64,000 nt of DNA from Auanema rhodensis (taxonomy: Eukaryota; Animalia; Nematoda): the NCBI GenBank assembly GCA_964057225.1, contig OZ059896.1, positions 12,338,001-12,402,000 of the forward strand. The letters are read 5' to 3'. The notes under the pieces are model-generated. The model ran no database searches, was not told where the DNA came from, and was given only the letters and a program-made list of their open reading frames with translations. Position numbers and translations under genes: made by a program. Positions within the stretch are counted from its first letter, which is position 1, and the number at the start of each line of letters is the position of its first letter. This document shows, piece after piece, positions 1 through 12,593 of the stretch.

Positions 1-324
1 CAATATGTTCATCGTACCTCTTATGGGTTAATCAATGGAACTCGTATCGAAGGTTAATTTGATAAGATATATTTTATATACATATTTATTTTTTAATTTT
101 ATTTGTTTACATTGTTTATAGTTTGTGTTTATTATAGTTTATAATTATTAAATTATAATTTAAAAAGTTTGTTGTTTTTCTAGGCGAACCATTTTGTTCA
201 CCGTACCTCTTATGGGTAAATCAATGGAGCACATATCGAAAAAATCCATGAACCATGATCCCAAAAGTATGTTTTTGACAGCTGTTTGGGGGCGTGGTTA
301 GTAAATTTTGCACGGCTCTCTACT
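1..324. mobile_element. Polinton/Maverick terminal (TIR) segment ending ...GCACGGCTCTCTACT
   Basis: 241-324 is near-identical to 51598-51708, which follows the Maverick integrase. Identity stops exactly at CTCTCTACT, with different flanks (ctcatc vs gtcaaa). The reverse complement starts AGTAGAGAG, an AG/AGT-type end typical of protein-primed Polintons. A subterminal motif occurs twice (about 7-52 and 197-240). Confidence 0.7.
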
Positions 325-1147
325 CTCATCCTCTCATAGTCTGTTTGGATTTCTCAACTTGGAACCATTGGAAATCCAAATGGAATGTGGTGGTTCCACC
401 GCGATCCTTCCATTTGGACAGGATCTCATAAAGGAACTCAAGCGCTACCTTCTACAACTTTTATTCAATTAAAAATCTTATCTCTCTAAAAAGTTAGCTC
501 ATAATATTTTTTATTAAAAACTCTAAAACTTTTCTATTGAAAATTATATCCAAAACTCTTTACAAAACTCAGTTTTATATTCATTATGTTATTCTCATAA
601 ATCATTTTCATTTATGCATAATAGTACTTATTTATCATTTTCTCTATCCAAAATCCTATATACGAAAAAAATATTCAAATTCAATAAATAACTTGTCAAA
701 GAATTATAAGTTTATCTTCACATTTGAACAAAAATAGTTAATTTCTTTATAAAATTATTTTCGAATTAAGAAATAAAAAGGAATATTGCTTTTATACCTC
801 TCAATCTTAATCATCTTATCATACTATCTTTTCATAATTTTTTTATGTTCGTTCATAAAACTATTATTGTTATACTACTACACTATATTCTCATAAAATT
901 CCAAATTCCGATTACCTTAGCACCTGAAAAAGCGAAAAATAATTAAATTAATCAATAAGTTTCAACTAGTTAAAAATAATGCCAGACACTCAAGAGACTT
1001 GAGCGGAGGCCGACCTTCAGGATAAGACGTACGCCCCAAGAAATAATTAGAGAATTTTGAATTGAAATCTGCTCCACATTGATATTAATAATAAGAGTGG
1101 TCTCGCCATCATAGTCAGGGAGCAGGATGCAAAAGGCAGCTGACATA
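325..1147 (+). mobile_element. Possible 3' region of an LTR retrotransposon (purine tract then TG at 1128), interrupted by Tc1
   Basis: AGGGAGCAGGA followed by TGCAAAAG resembles a PPT/LTR boundary. No coding motif was recognised. Confidence 0.25.
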
Positions 1148-2665
1148 CAGTAGCGGACAAAAATATATAGCCTTTTTGGAATTTGTGTTTTTTTTAATCT
1201 ATTTTTTTCTAACTAACTTGAAAAAAACTAGATAATGTATTTTCATCATGAGAAATAAATATATAAAAGTTATTATCACTTTCAGAAATTCGAAAACCTT
1301 TTTTTTTTTTTAATCTTTTATTGACCATATGCTTTTTAACTCAATGTAACATGCATATCAACACTAACTAGAATTATTAGAAAAAAAATTCTAAAAACTA
1401 AATTACATAATTATACTTCATAAAACAATAATACACTCCTAATACTTTGTAGCATACCCGTTCGCTTTGATCACAGCCCGACAGCGTTGAGGCATTGACT
1501 CCAGCAAAGCATCGATTCGATGCTGTGGAATACTTCTCCATGCTTCTCTCAATTGGGAGAATTTTTCTTTCAGGACTTAGACTTGGCCAGTCCATTTGCT
1601 AAAGGTTCTTGTTTTCGAACCACTTTTTCACGTCATGGGAGCGATGCTTCGGATCATTGTCGTCTTGATAAATGAAATGTTGTCCGATATTTTCTTCAGC
1701 ATACGGCAACATTGAGTCCTCCAGAATCTTTAAATAGTCGAATCTTGTCATGATTCCTTTTATGTGCACCAAAGGACCGACTCCATTTGCGGAGAAACAA
1801 CCCCAGACAAAACAGGAACCTCCGCCATGTTTCACTGTTGGAGTTTGGTACTTCGGATCATACCGTTTCCCGATAGGTCTTCTTATATAGTGTATACCGT
1901 CTGTTCCAAACATGGTATACTTGCTCTCGTCTGAGAAGACGACCTTTTTTCCACTGATTCTGTCCCCAACTTAGATGCTCGCGAGCCCAAAGCACACGGG
2001 CTTTACGATTCTTTGCAGAGATGCACAGAGACGTTTTCGAACAGTTCTAACGGACGGTCTCTGGTTTTCCGGAAGCTGTAGATCCACCAGAATCTGTGTA
2101 GCATCTTTTCTGGGATCGCTTCTGGAGATCCTGATGATGTTTCTGTGGGTTACTCTGTCCGTAACCCGTGGTCGTCCTGTGCTTTTTTATGAATAAAGTC
2201 TCCTTGAACTGTCCACCTTCTTAACATGTTGGTGACAGTCTTTCTACTGATTCCAAATTGAGCAGCGAGCTGTTGATGCTTCATCCCTTGGCTTCTCCCT
2301 CTGATTATCGCATTTTGAACCTCCTCGGACAAGTTTTTCGAACCTCTTTGTCTTGCCATGCTAGGAAGATGAAAAATTATCTATTTTTTAATGAAATATA
2401 GAAAAAAAACTGATAAAGACTTGAAAAACTTCAAAAAAAAACCAAAAAATTATTGTGGTTCAAAATGTGTTTTCAACGTATTTTCAATATGTTTTTAGTT
2501 TTTGCTTAATATGGATGTCAACATCTTTCTAAAAATATTTTTTTAACAAGTTTTTATATTTTAAACATTATTATTATTATTCATTTAGAGTGCAATCAGT
2601 TTTGGTAACGATCCAAAAAGTTATATCAATCAACAGAAAACGCTATATCTTTTTGTCCGCTACTG
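1148..2665 (-). mobile_element. Tc1-family DNA transposon A (defective)
   Basis: TIRs CAGTAGCGGACAAAAA(T/G)ATATAGC, TA target duplication on both sides. Fragmented transposase with HTH, FSDESK, VKHGGGS..VWGCF, QDDNDPKH and WPS motifs. Confidence 0.95.
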
Positions 2666-2759
2666 TACCTGTGACTCAGATAGGTTAATGAGGTTTGTGA
2701 AAATGAAATGATAACAAAAATTCTATTTTGTATCCTTGTCCCAAAACACTGGCGAACTA

Positions 2760-4175
2760 TTGACTTTATTGACATGAACAGATAACCAAAAAATTTTAAA
2801 CTTTCAAAAAATCATAAAAAATATTTTCCGAACAAAAATAAAAAAGTTTATCGTAAAAACAATACTTTGAACTATCAAGAAACTAAAAAAAATACTTAAT
2901 ATTGTGTCCCATGCCCTCTAGCTTCAATCACCGCTTTGCATCTTCGTGGCATTGATGCAACTAGTTTTTCCAGAAGTCTTCGTGGCAATTTATTCCAGGT
3001 TTCCCTCAGGATCTTCATTTTTTCAACCGGTTTCTTGCAGTTCGTTCCTCTGACCCTCCACTCCAATATCGACCACAAATTTTTAATCGGGTTGAGGTCA
3101 GGGCTCTGTGAAGGCCACTTCATCAGCGTCACCCCGTTACTAGCCATCCACTCCTTGGCAACACGTGACGTGTGTTTTGGGTCGTTATCCTGCTGATAGA
3201 TGAAGCCTCTACGGAATTTTGAGCGAGCGTATGGATACATTACATTCTCCAGAAGGTTTCTGTACCCATATTGATCCATGGTTCCTTCAATTTGGTGCAA
3301 GGGACCAACTTCAGATGACGTGAAGGCTCCCCACACCATCACTGAGCCTCCACCAAACTTGGTGGTGCCAGTGGTGTATCTTCTATGGTACCTGAAACCA
3401 GTGGGACGTCCGACTCTCCTAGCTCCACCATTCCCAGCCAACATGAACTTGCACTTGAACCTGAACTTTCATCCGTCCAGATGCATTTCTTTCATTGCTC
3501 CGGGGTCCAGTTTACGTGCTCCTTAGCAAATTCCAGACGCTTTTTGACGTTCCTCTTAGAAAGTAGAGGTTTTTTGGCCGAGGAGTGGGAACGTGACCCT
3601 TGTGCCAACAACCTGGTACAAATTGTCCTAGCGGAGCAAACGTTGGGCTTCAGCAACTTCAGCTCTTCACGGATTTCCTGAGACGTCGTGAAGGGATTAA
3701 TGACAGCTAACCTTCTTATCACTCTGTCTTCTCGTTCTGTGGTAGATCTTGGTCTTCCTTGATTCTGCAGTCTTCCGTCATCTCCAGAATGTCCTTTCCT
3801 GACGATATCTCCTACTGTAGACTTTGGGACACCCAGAAGACGTCCAACAGCACCTTGGGTCATGCCAGATGCATGTGCTTGTAGAATTGATTTTCTTAGA
3901 TCTTCAGAAACAAAAAAACCCCTTGTCATGTTTTAAAATGATAAAGTAAGGTTTTGTCTACAATTCAGCAAAATAATTATCAAAGTTCATGCTCCCTAAC
4001 TCAAGATATAAATATGTAAATTTAGTCCGAATATGGACGTCAGATATTTTTTCATAACTTCCTTCCCATCGATACTTTGAGATTGAAACTGAAAATTCTA
4101 AAAGCCTGAACTATTACAAACTACATTATCCTGAAAATTAAATTTGTTGCCACTTCAAATATTATAAGAAAAAAA
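2760..4175 (-). mobile_element. Tc1-family transposon B, TIR-less copy, transposase pseudogene (2896-3929)
   Basis: GRPR, KKPLLS, KFGGGSVMVWG, QQDNDPKH and WPSQSPDLNPIK (catalytic E to K). Premature stop/frameshift near 3450-3490. Confidence 0.9.
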
Positions 4176-5438
4176 AGGCAATCGCCCGCAACATATTCTC
4201 CCCCCTCTGCGAAACAAGCGAAGTTAAGCATCAAAACAAAGTCAATAACAATACATAGCCCAAAACACCGCGGCATAAAACAATTTACCAATCCCAAATC
4301 ACATAAAAAAACAAAGACACAAAAAACAGATATCGTCGAAAGAAAAACTTTAGAAAAAAATTATCCCGAGCGCTAAACCTATTTCTAAAAACGTAGCAAG
4401 CAAAGAAAGATCAACAAAAATACAAGAAGGACACCCAACCAACACCATACCCCGAGCGGACACCCAACCAACACCATATCCCGAGCGCTAAACCTATTTC
4501 TAAAAACGTAGCAAGCAAAGAAAGATCAACAAAAATACAAGAAGGACACCCAACCAACACCATACCGAATACCGAATAGGGGGCGTGGTTAGTAAATTTT
4601 GCACGGCTCTCTACTCTCATCCTCTCATAGTCTGTTTGGATTTCTCAACTTGGAACCATTGGAAATCCAAATGGAATGTGGTGGTTCCACCGCGATCCTT
4701 CCATTTGGACAGGATCTCATAAAGGAACTCAAGCGCTACCTTCTACAACTTTTATTCAATTAAAAATCTTATCTCTCTAAAAAGTTAGCTCATAATATTT
4801 TTTATTAAAAACTCTAAAACTTTTCTATTGAAAATTATATCCAAAACTCTTTACAAAACTCAGTTTTATATTCATTATGTTATTCTCATAAATCATTTTC
4901 ATTTATGCATAATAGTACTTATTTATCATTTTCTCTATCCAAAATCCTATATACGAAAAAAATATTCAAATTCAATAAATAACTTGTCAAAGAATTATAA
5001 GTTTATCTTCACATTTGAACAAAAATAGTTAATTTCTTTATAAAATTATTTTCGAATTAAGAAATAAAAAGGAATATTGCTTTTATACCTCTCAATCTTA
5101 ATCATCTTATCATACTATCTTTTCATAATTTTTTTATGTTCGTTCATAAAACTATTATTGTTATACTACTACACTATATTCTCATAAAATTCCAAATTCC
5201 GATTACCTTAGCACCTGAAAAAGCGAAAAATAATTAAATTAATCAATAAGTTTCAACTAGTTAAAAATAATGCCAGACACTCAAGAGACTTGAGCGGAGG
5301 CCGACCTTCAGGATAAGACGTACGCCCCAAGAAATAATTAGAGAATTTTGAATTGAAATCTGCTCCACATTGATATTAATAATAAGAGTGGTCTCGCCAT
5401 CATAGTCAGGGAGCAGGATGCAAAAGGCAGCTGACATA

Positions 5439-6955
5439 CAGTAGCGGACAAAAATATATAGCCTTTTTGGAATTTGTGTTTTTTTTAATCTATTTTTTTC
5501 TAACTAACTTGAAAAAAACTAGATAATGTATTTTCATCATGAGAAATAAATATATAAAAGTTATTATCACTTTCAGAAATTCGAAAACCTTTTTTTTTTT
5601 TAATCTTTTATTGACCATATGCTTTTTAACTCAATGTAACATGCATATCAACACTAACTAGAATTATTAGAAAAAAAATTCTAAAAACTAAATTACATAA
5701 TTATACTTCATAAAACAATAATACACTCCTAATACTTTGTAGCATACCCGTTCGCTTTGATCACAGCCCGACAGCGTTGAGGCATTGACTCCAGCAAAGC
5801 ATCGATTCGATGCTGTGGAATACTTCTCCATGCTTCTCTCAATTGGGAGAATTTTTCTTTCAGGACTTAGACTTGGCCAGTCCATTTGCTAAAGGTTCTT
5901 GTTTTCGAACCACTTTTTCACGTCATGGGAGCGATGCTTCGGATCATTGTCGTCTTGATAAATGAAATGTTGTCCGATATTTTCTTCAGCATACGGCAAC
6001 ATTGAGTCCTCCAGAATCTTTAAATAGTCGAATCTTGTCATGATTCCTTTTATGTGCACCAAAGGACCGACTCCATTTGCGGAGAAACAACCCCAGACAA
6101 AACAGGAACCTCCGCCATGTTTCACTGTTGGAGTTTGGTACTTCGGATCATACCGTTTCCCGATAGGTCTTCTTATATAGTGTATACCGTCTGTTCCAAA
6201 CATGGTATACTTGCTCTCGTCTGAGAAGACGACCTTTTTTCCACTGATTCTGTCCCCAACTTAGATGCTCGCGAGCCCAAAGCACACGGGCTTTACGATT
6301 CTTTGCAGAGATGCACAGAGACGTTTTCGAACAGTTCTAACGGACGGTCTCTGGTTTTCCGGAAGCTGTAGATCCACCAGAATCTGTGTAGCATCTTTTC
6401 TGGGATCGCTTCTGGAGATCCTGATGATGTTTCTGTGGGTTACTCTGTCCGTAACCCGTGGTCGTCCTGTGCTTTTTTATGAATAAAGTCTCCTTGAACT
6501 GTCCACCTTCTTAACATGTTGGTGACAGTCTTTCTACTGATTCCAAATTGAGCAGCGAGCTGTTGATGCTTCATCCCTTGGCTTCTCCCTCTGATTATCG
6601 CATTTTGAACCTCCTCGGACAAGTTTTTCGAACCTCTTTGTCTTGCCATGCTAGGAAGATGAAAAATTATCTATTTTTTAATGAAATATAGAAAAAAAAC
6701 TGATAAAGACTTGAAAAACTTCAAAAAAAAACCAAAAAATTATTGTGGTTCAAAATGTGTTTTCAACGTATTTTCAATATGTTTTTAGTTTTTGCTTAAT
6801 ATGGATGTCAACATCTTTCTAAAAATATTTTTTTAACAAGTTTTTATATTTTAAACATTATTATTATTATTCATTTAGAGTGCAATCAGTTTTGGTAACG
6901 ATCCAAAAAGTTATATCAATCAACAGAAAACGCTATATCTTTTTGTCCGCTACTG
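5439..6955 (-). mobile_element. Tc1-family transposon A, duplicate copy
   Basis: Same TIRs, TA TSD and ORFs as 1148-2665. Confidence 0.95.
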
Positions 6956-7049
6956 TACCTGTGACTCAGATAGGTTAATGAGGTTTGTGAAAATGAAATG
7001 ATAACAAAAATTCTATTTTGTATCCTTGTCCCAAAACACTGGCGAACTA

Positions 7050-8465
7050 TTGACTTTATTGACATGAACAGATAACCAAAAAATTTTAAACTTTCAAAAA
7101 ATCATAAAAAATATTTTCCGAACAAAAATAAAAAAGTTTATCGTAAAAACAATACTTTGAACTATCAAGAAACTAAAAAAAATACTTAATATTGTGTCCC
7201 ATGCCCTCTAGCTTCAATCACCGCTTTGCATCTTCGTGGCATTGATGCAACTAGTTTTTCCAGAAGTCTTCGTGGCAATTTATTCCAGGTTTCCCTCAGG
7301 ATCTTCATTTTTTCAACCGGTTTCTTGCAGTTCGTTCCTCTGACCCTCCACTCCAATATCGACCACAAATTTTTAATCGGGTTGAGGTCAGGGCTCTGTG
7401 AAGGCCACTTCATCAGCGTCACCCCGTTACTAGCCATCCACTCCTTGGCAACACGTGACGTGTGTTTTGGGTCGTTATCCTGCTGATAGATGAAGCCTCT
7501 ACGGAATTTTGAGCGAGCGTATGGATACATTACATTCTCCAGAAGGTTTCTGTACCCATATTGATCCATGGTTCCTTCAATTTGGTGCAAGGGACCAACT
7601 TCAGATGACGTGAAGGCTCCCCACACCATCACTGAGCCTCCACCAAACTTGGTGGTGCCAGTGGTGTATCTTCTATGGTACCTGAAACCAGTGGGACGTC
7701 CGACTCTCCTAGCTCCACCATTCCCAGCCAACATGAACTTGCACTTGAACCTGAACTTTCATCCGTCCAGATGCATTTCTTTCATTGCTCCGGGGTCCAG
7801 TTTACGTGCTCCTTAGCAAATTCCAGACGCTTTTTGACGTTCCTCTTAGAAAGTAGAGGTTTTTTGGCCGAGGAGTGGGAACGTGACCCTTGTGCCAACA
7901 ACCTGGTACAAATTGTCCTAGCGGAGCAAACGTTGGGCTTCAGCAACTTCAGCTCTTCACGGATTTCCTGAGACGTCGTGAAGGGATTAATGACAGCTAA
8001 CCTTCTTATCACTCTGTCTTCTCGTTCTGTGGTAGATCTTGGTCTTCCTTGATTCTGCAGTCTTCCGTCATCTCCAGAATGTCCTTTCCTGACGATATCT
8101 CCTACTGTAGACTTTGGGACACCCAGAAGACGTCCAACAGCACCTTGGGTCATGCCAGATGCATGTGCTTGTAGAATTGATTTTCTTAGATCTTCAGAAA
8201 CAAAAAAACCCCTTGTCATGTTTTAAAATGATAAAGTAAGGTTTTGTCTACAATTCAGCAAAATAATTATCAAAGTTCATGCTCCCTAACTCAAGATATA
8301 AATATGTAAATTTAGTCCGAATATGGACGTCAGATATTTTTTCATAACTTCCTTCCCATCGATACTTTGAGATTGAAACTGAAAATTCTAAAAGCCTGAA
8401 CTATTACAAACTACATTATCCTGAAAATTAAATTTGTTGCCACTTCAAATATTATAAGAAAAAAA
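7050..8465 (-). mobile_element. Tc1-family transposon B, duplicate copy
   Basis: ORFs 7186-7734 and 7782-8219 are identical to the first copy. Confidence 0.9.
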
Positions 8466-10268
8466 AGGCAATCGCCCGCAACATATTCTCCCCCCTCTGC
8501 GAAACAAGCGAAGTTAAGCATCAAAACAAAGTCAATAACAATACATAGCCCAAAACACCGCGGCATAAAACAATTTACCAATCCCAAATCACATAAAAAA
8601 ACAAAGACACAAAAAACAGATATCGTCGAAAGAAAAACTTTAGAAAAAAATTATCCCGAGCGCTAAACCTATTTCTAAAAACGTAGCAAGCAAAGAAAGA
8701 TCAACAAAAATACAAGAAGGACACCCAACCAACACCATACCGAATACAATTAATCTAATCAATCCCTAAATAGCGGAACACCAGACAACGAAAGCATATG
8801 TAGTTAGCATAGAAAACAAAACGCTGAGACCAGGAGAAACAAGAACGCTCACGCTAGAAGTACACGATCCATAAAGCTGTGAACAGGCGTTTCTAGATTG
8901 TAAGAAACCAGGCAACAAACTTTTTTTCACGCCTACTATATTTACGCCCACTGGATACGGAGTACAAATTTACGCGACGAACATTTGCGAACAGCCACTC
9001 GAGATTCAAATGAATCAAGAAATAGGGATAGCAGAAGCGATACCAAAGGACAAACAAGATAAATACGAAGGACAATACATACCTCCGGAAGCTCGATGGG
9101 AAGAACAACTGCCATATTTCCCAGATAATTTTATCAATGAGCTTGACCTTTCAGAAGCCTGTTTCTCGCAAATCGAACAACAGCAACTGAAAGAAATGAT
9201 TTTACTACATAAACAAGCGTTTCTCAACGAAGATAGAAATATCGGACTCTTCCTAGAACCAATCGAACACTCCATTCCAATTATGCCAAGAAAAACACCT
9301 TCGTTTAAAATAACTTATCGAATACCACTCTCCCAACAAGAAGAAGTGGAGAAACAAATGGAAGAAATGCTCGGGCAAGGAATCATTGAGCCATAAAATT
9401 TAATGACAACTAGTCCAGTAATTTTGGTAAAGAAGAAAGACAAAACTTACAGATTTGTAACGGACTTTCGAGCTCTGAATGCAATCACTCAGAAACAAGT
9501 ATATGTTATATCAAACATACAAGTCATCCTAGACTTGGCCGCTGGAGCAAGGATCTTCAGCAACTTTGATCTAGTATCCGGATTTTTCCAAATACCCCTC
9601 AAGAAAGAAGATCGTCATCTTCCAGCTTTCACAACAACAAGCGGAACTTACCAATATTCAGCACATTTAAAAGATATTGAAGAAATTTTGAAAGCAGTTA
9701 CTCAAATAGGATTGAAAATAAAACTGAAAAAATGCGCATTCGCAAGAAAGAAAGTAAAATTTCTAGGATACATAGTTGGACAAGAAGGAATTAAACCGGA
9801 CCCACATCAAATCAAGGCAATACGAGATTATCCTCAACGAAAATCAACAAAAGGAGTAAGAGCTTTCATGGGAGTAGTAAACTACTTTAGAAGGTTCATA
9901 AAGAATGCTGCAGGAATAGCAACACCACTATACAACCTCACTCGGAAAGACACTCCATTCAAATGGACAGAAAAAGAAGAAATTACTTTTAATACTTTGA
10001 AGAAAACATTAACTCAAGCACTTGTGTTACAAGCACCAATCCTGAAACAACCATATGTTATTGAAAGTGATGGAAGTATGATAGCAGTTGGCGCCGTACT
10101 ACTTCAAGCGAAAGACGATCAAGAACCATTACATCCAATAGCTTTTGCTTGTCGGAAACTCAACAAAGCCGAAAGGAATTATCCACCAAAGAGGTAGAAG
10201 CATTAGCTCTTACATTCACCGTCAAACAATTTTGCACCTACATACTAGGAACAGCAACCAAAATTGAC
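8466..10268 (+). pseudogene. Ty3/Gypsy pol fragment (PR-RT linker, RT with deleted catalytic core, start of RNase H)
   Basis: YRIP, SPVILVKKKD..YRFVTDFRALN, DLVSGFFQIP, KVKFLGY, VRAFMGVVNYFRRFI, ESDGSMIAVGAVLLQ. GTYQY joins directly to HLKDI, so the MPFG..YxDD segment is absent. Contains stops. Confidence 0.92.
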
Positions 10269-10269
10269 G

Positions 10270-10520
10270 TCACAATTTTAACATGTAATGTAACAACTGT
10301 GGAACCATAATTAAATTGCATAGGGAACCAAATTCATCTAAAATCTCAATACGTATAGTATCGAGTGTTTGTTTAGTGATTGGTACATAACGAATAGGAT
10401 TAAATGTTTTGACAATCATTTTACCAAATTCAGTGGGAGGCGGTACAGGTAAACATGCAAGTAAGTTGGCTTTCACATTACCGAGAATGGAATATTCTAC
10501 ACTATCACAATATATATATA
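10270..10520 (-). pseudogene. Maverick minor capsid (penton) C-terminal fragment
   Basis: YIYCD..EYSILGNVKANLL..P..FNPIRYVP..LDTIRIEILDEFG, matching 46511-46768. Confidence 0.8.
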
Positions 10521-11290
10521 CAGGGTGGCGCTTAAGTATGTTCGCAAAAATTAAAGTGCAAATTTTTCAAATAGTTGACCTTATATTCCAAAACAAACAA
10601 AATATTAATATTAAAAACATCCAAATAAAGATTTAAAATTGAAAAAAAAGTTATTTAAATATTATATTCCTTGACAATATGAAGCCTTCGCCTCATAGAC
10701 CCTCCATCGCCAGACTTCATGATCTGGGCTATCGTGCCTGTGATATTGCTAAGCAGCTGAATTTCAACCGAAGAACAGTTGAGAAGATCATCAAGCAATA
10801 CAGAGAAAGAGCAAGTGTTGAACCTCTTAAAAAAACAGGAAGACCACGAACAATCAACGTTCCGAAGATGAGAAAGATCATTAAGAAGAGGATTCAAAGG
10901 AATAACGAGCTCAGTCTCAACAAATTGAGTTCAAGCCTCAACATCTTAAGAAACTGTTCAACGGATCGTCAAAAATGAGTTGGAGCTTCACAGTTATCGC
11001 CTCACTCGCTCACATCATCTGACTGAGAATGCCATGAAGAACAGGCTGGAAAAAGCTAAGAAGCTGCTTCACGAAATCAAAGAGGGCCGCTTGATCAACG
11101 TGTTATGGACTGATGAGAAAATTTTTACTGTTGAGCCATGTGAAAATCCACAAAACCACCGTCAACTTTTGAAGCAGAATCAGAATAAAAGAGGAGATGT
11201 TAAAATAGTTGGAAGAAAACTATTCAGTTCTTTGGTGATGGTTTGGGCCGGTGTTACAATGGAGAAGAAGACACCTCTGATTTTCATCTA
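10521..11290 (+). mobile_element. Tc1/mariner-superfamily transposon (maT/DD37D-like), 3'-truncated
   Basis: Starts CAGGGTGG after a TA run. HTH, GRPRT, WTDEKIFTVE, QNHR, VMVWAGV..KTPLIFI, then breaks off. Confidence 0.75.
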
Positions 11291-11922
11291 TTTTTCCTTT
11301 TCCAATAATGGTGTTTCCTGTTAACTTAACCTTATAATTTGCAGTGTTGATGGCAAATATTGTGAGTGGTGAAGTCTTGATAGCAGTAGGTGTGAATTGA
11401 ATAGGTCCATTTCCACATCGTATAAGAGCGTATTGTTTTGGTTGTAATTCTTTTGCCAATTGTAGACAAATCATAGCTTTACTTTTGGGTGGAATAATTG
11501 ATTCTCTAATGTTTATAATTGACACGGTGTCTGAACTGATGCGAAAACTCTTTTGGTTAGCGGGTAATAATGGTAGAAAATGGTTTCCAACTAGTAATTG
11601 TTTGCGTAAAGCTTGTAGAGAAGTTGTTATTCCTTTTTCTTCTAATGCTTTCATGATGTCCACACCAAGTAACATTTCAGTAGGAAAATTTTTATCCTCA
11701 TAGATAAAAAATGTGTGTCAAAGATGGTATCCAGCAATAACGATATCCAATGTTATTGTACCCAGAAAGTTGAATATTGATCCATTTGCTGTGGTGACAG
11801 AGATTTTAGTTGAGTTGAAATTCTCTTTTCCTAAATAGCGTACTGATGATTTCTTTAAATTCCTTTCCTTTCGATTCCTTTCCTGCTCTGCTATCCCATA
11901 AAGCTACGAGTTTTGTTATTTT
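11290..11922 (-). pseudogene. Gypsy aspartic protease and downstream linker fragment
   Basis: VALWDSRA (degenerate DSG), TTANGSIFNFLG and MLLGVDIM retropepsin motifs. Confidence 0.8.
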
Positions 11923-11949
11923 GATAAGTGTTATTTGGAAACACCCGTC

Positions 11950-12480
11950 CGTGATGACGGGTGTTTCCAAATAACACTTATCTTTGTTTGTGTGGTTGCG
12001 ATAAATGTAGAGTGGTTCTATTGGTTGACTGGTTGAAACCCGAATAAGATTTCGCCCAATAATTCGAGCAACTATATCATCTCGTTGCATAATAGATCTG
12101 ATAGCAATTGTAGGATTAATGTTAAATATAGCTTGCCATGTCTTAATAAGTTCCAGTTGAGCATGACATATGCTGTGATGCTGATGATGAAATTTTTCGA
12201 CCAGTATGGTTCTCATTCGTTCGAATACATAGTTGAGCTTGTTGATGGTAGTTAATGCATCTCGATGTCGGAGTATAGTATTCTGGTGATCAGTTAAGTG
12301 AGTGCCGAATAATTCTTGAGCTTTCTCTATGCTTCCAATCATGGGTTGCATTGATGTCATCCCTTGAATAGTACTAATTGTTTCTTTTGTAGTAGATGAT
12401 GTATTTACAACAGGTTTTGAGGTAGCACTAAGAAATCGTGCAGTTGGCGTAGTTTTAGTGTTGATAGCTTCGACTACCAT
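11950..12480 (-). pseudogene. C-terminal half fragment of a class-III-like viral fusion glycoprotein (env)
   Basis: Thr/Ser-rich stretch, long heptad helix, then NPTIAIRSIMQRDDIVARIIG..RV...N...KCYLETPV. This pattern resembles gB/mononegavirus-like class III glycoproteins found in invertebrate retroelements. Confidence 0.65.
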
Positions 12481-12593
12481 TTTTCAGAGTCAACTGATTA
12501 TGGAAGAGTGATGTAAAAATCATCGACAAACCACCACTTGATACGTGTTCACTATTGCAAATGAAATTATTTGCATTTTAGGTACATGTACAA

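Larger units (their letters stand above)
288..8747. repeat. Tandem duplication of a ~4.29-kb composite unit (288-4577, 4579-8747)
   Basis: Identical ORF sets offset by 4290-4291 nt. Each unit holds the Maverick end, a putative retroelement 3' region, two Tc1 elements and a Gypsy fragment. Confidence 0.97.

Noticed and set aside
2936-3681. Antisense and alternative-frame ORFs over transposases, pol and env throughout the window
   Set aside because: Shadow ORFs of recognised genes, with no motifs of their own.
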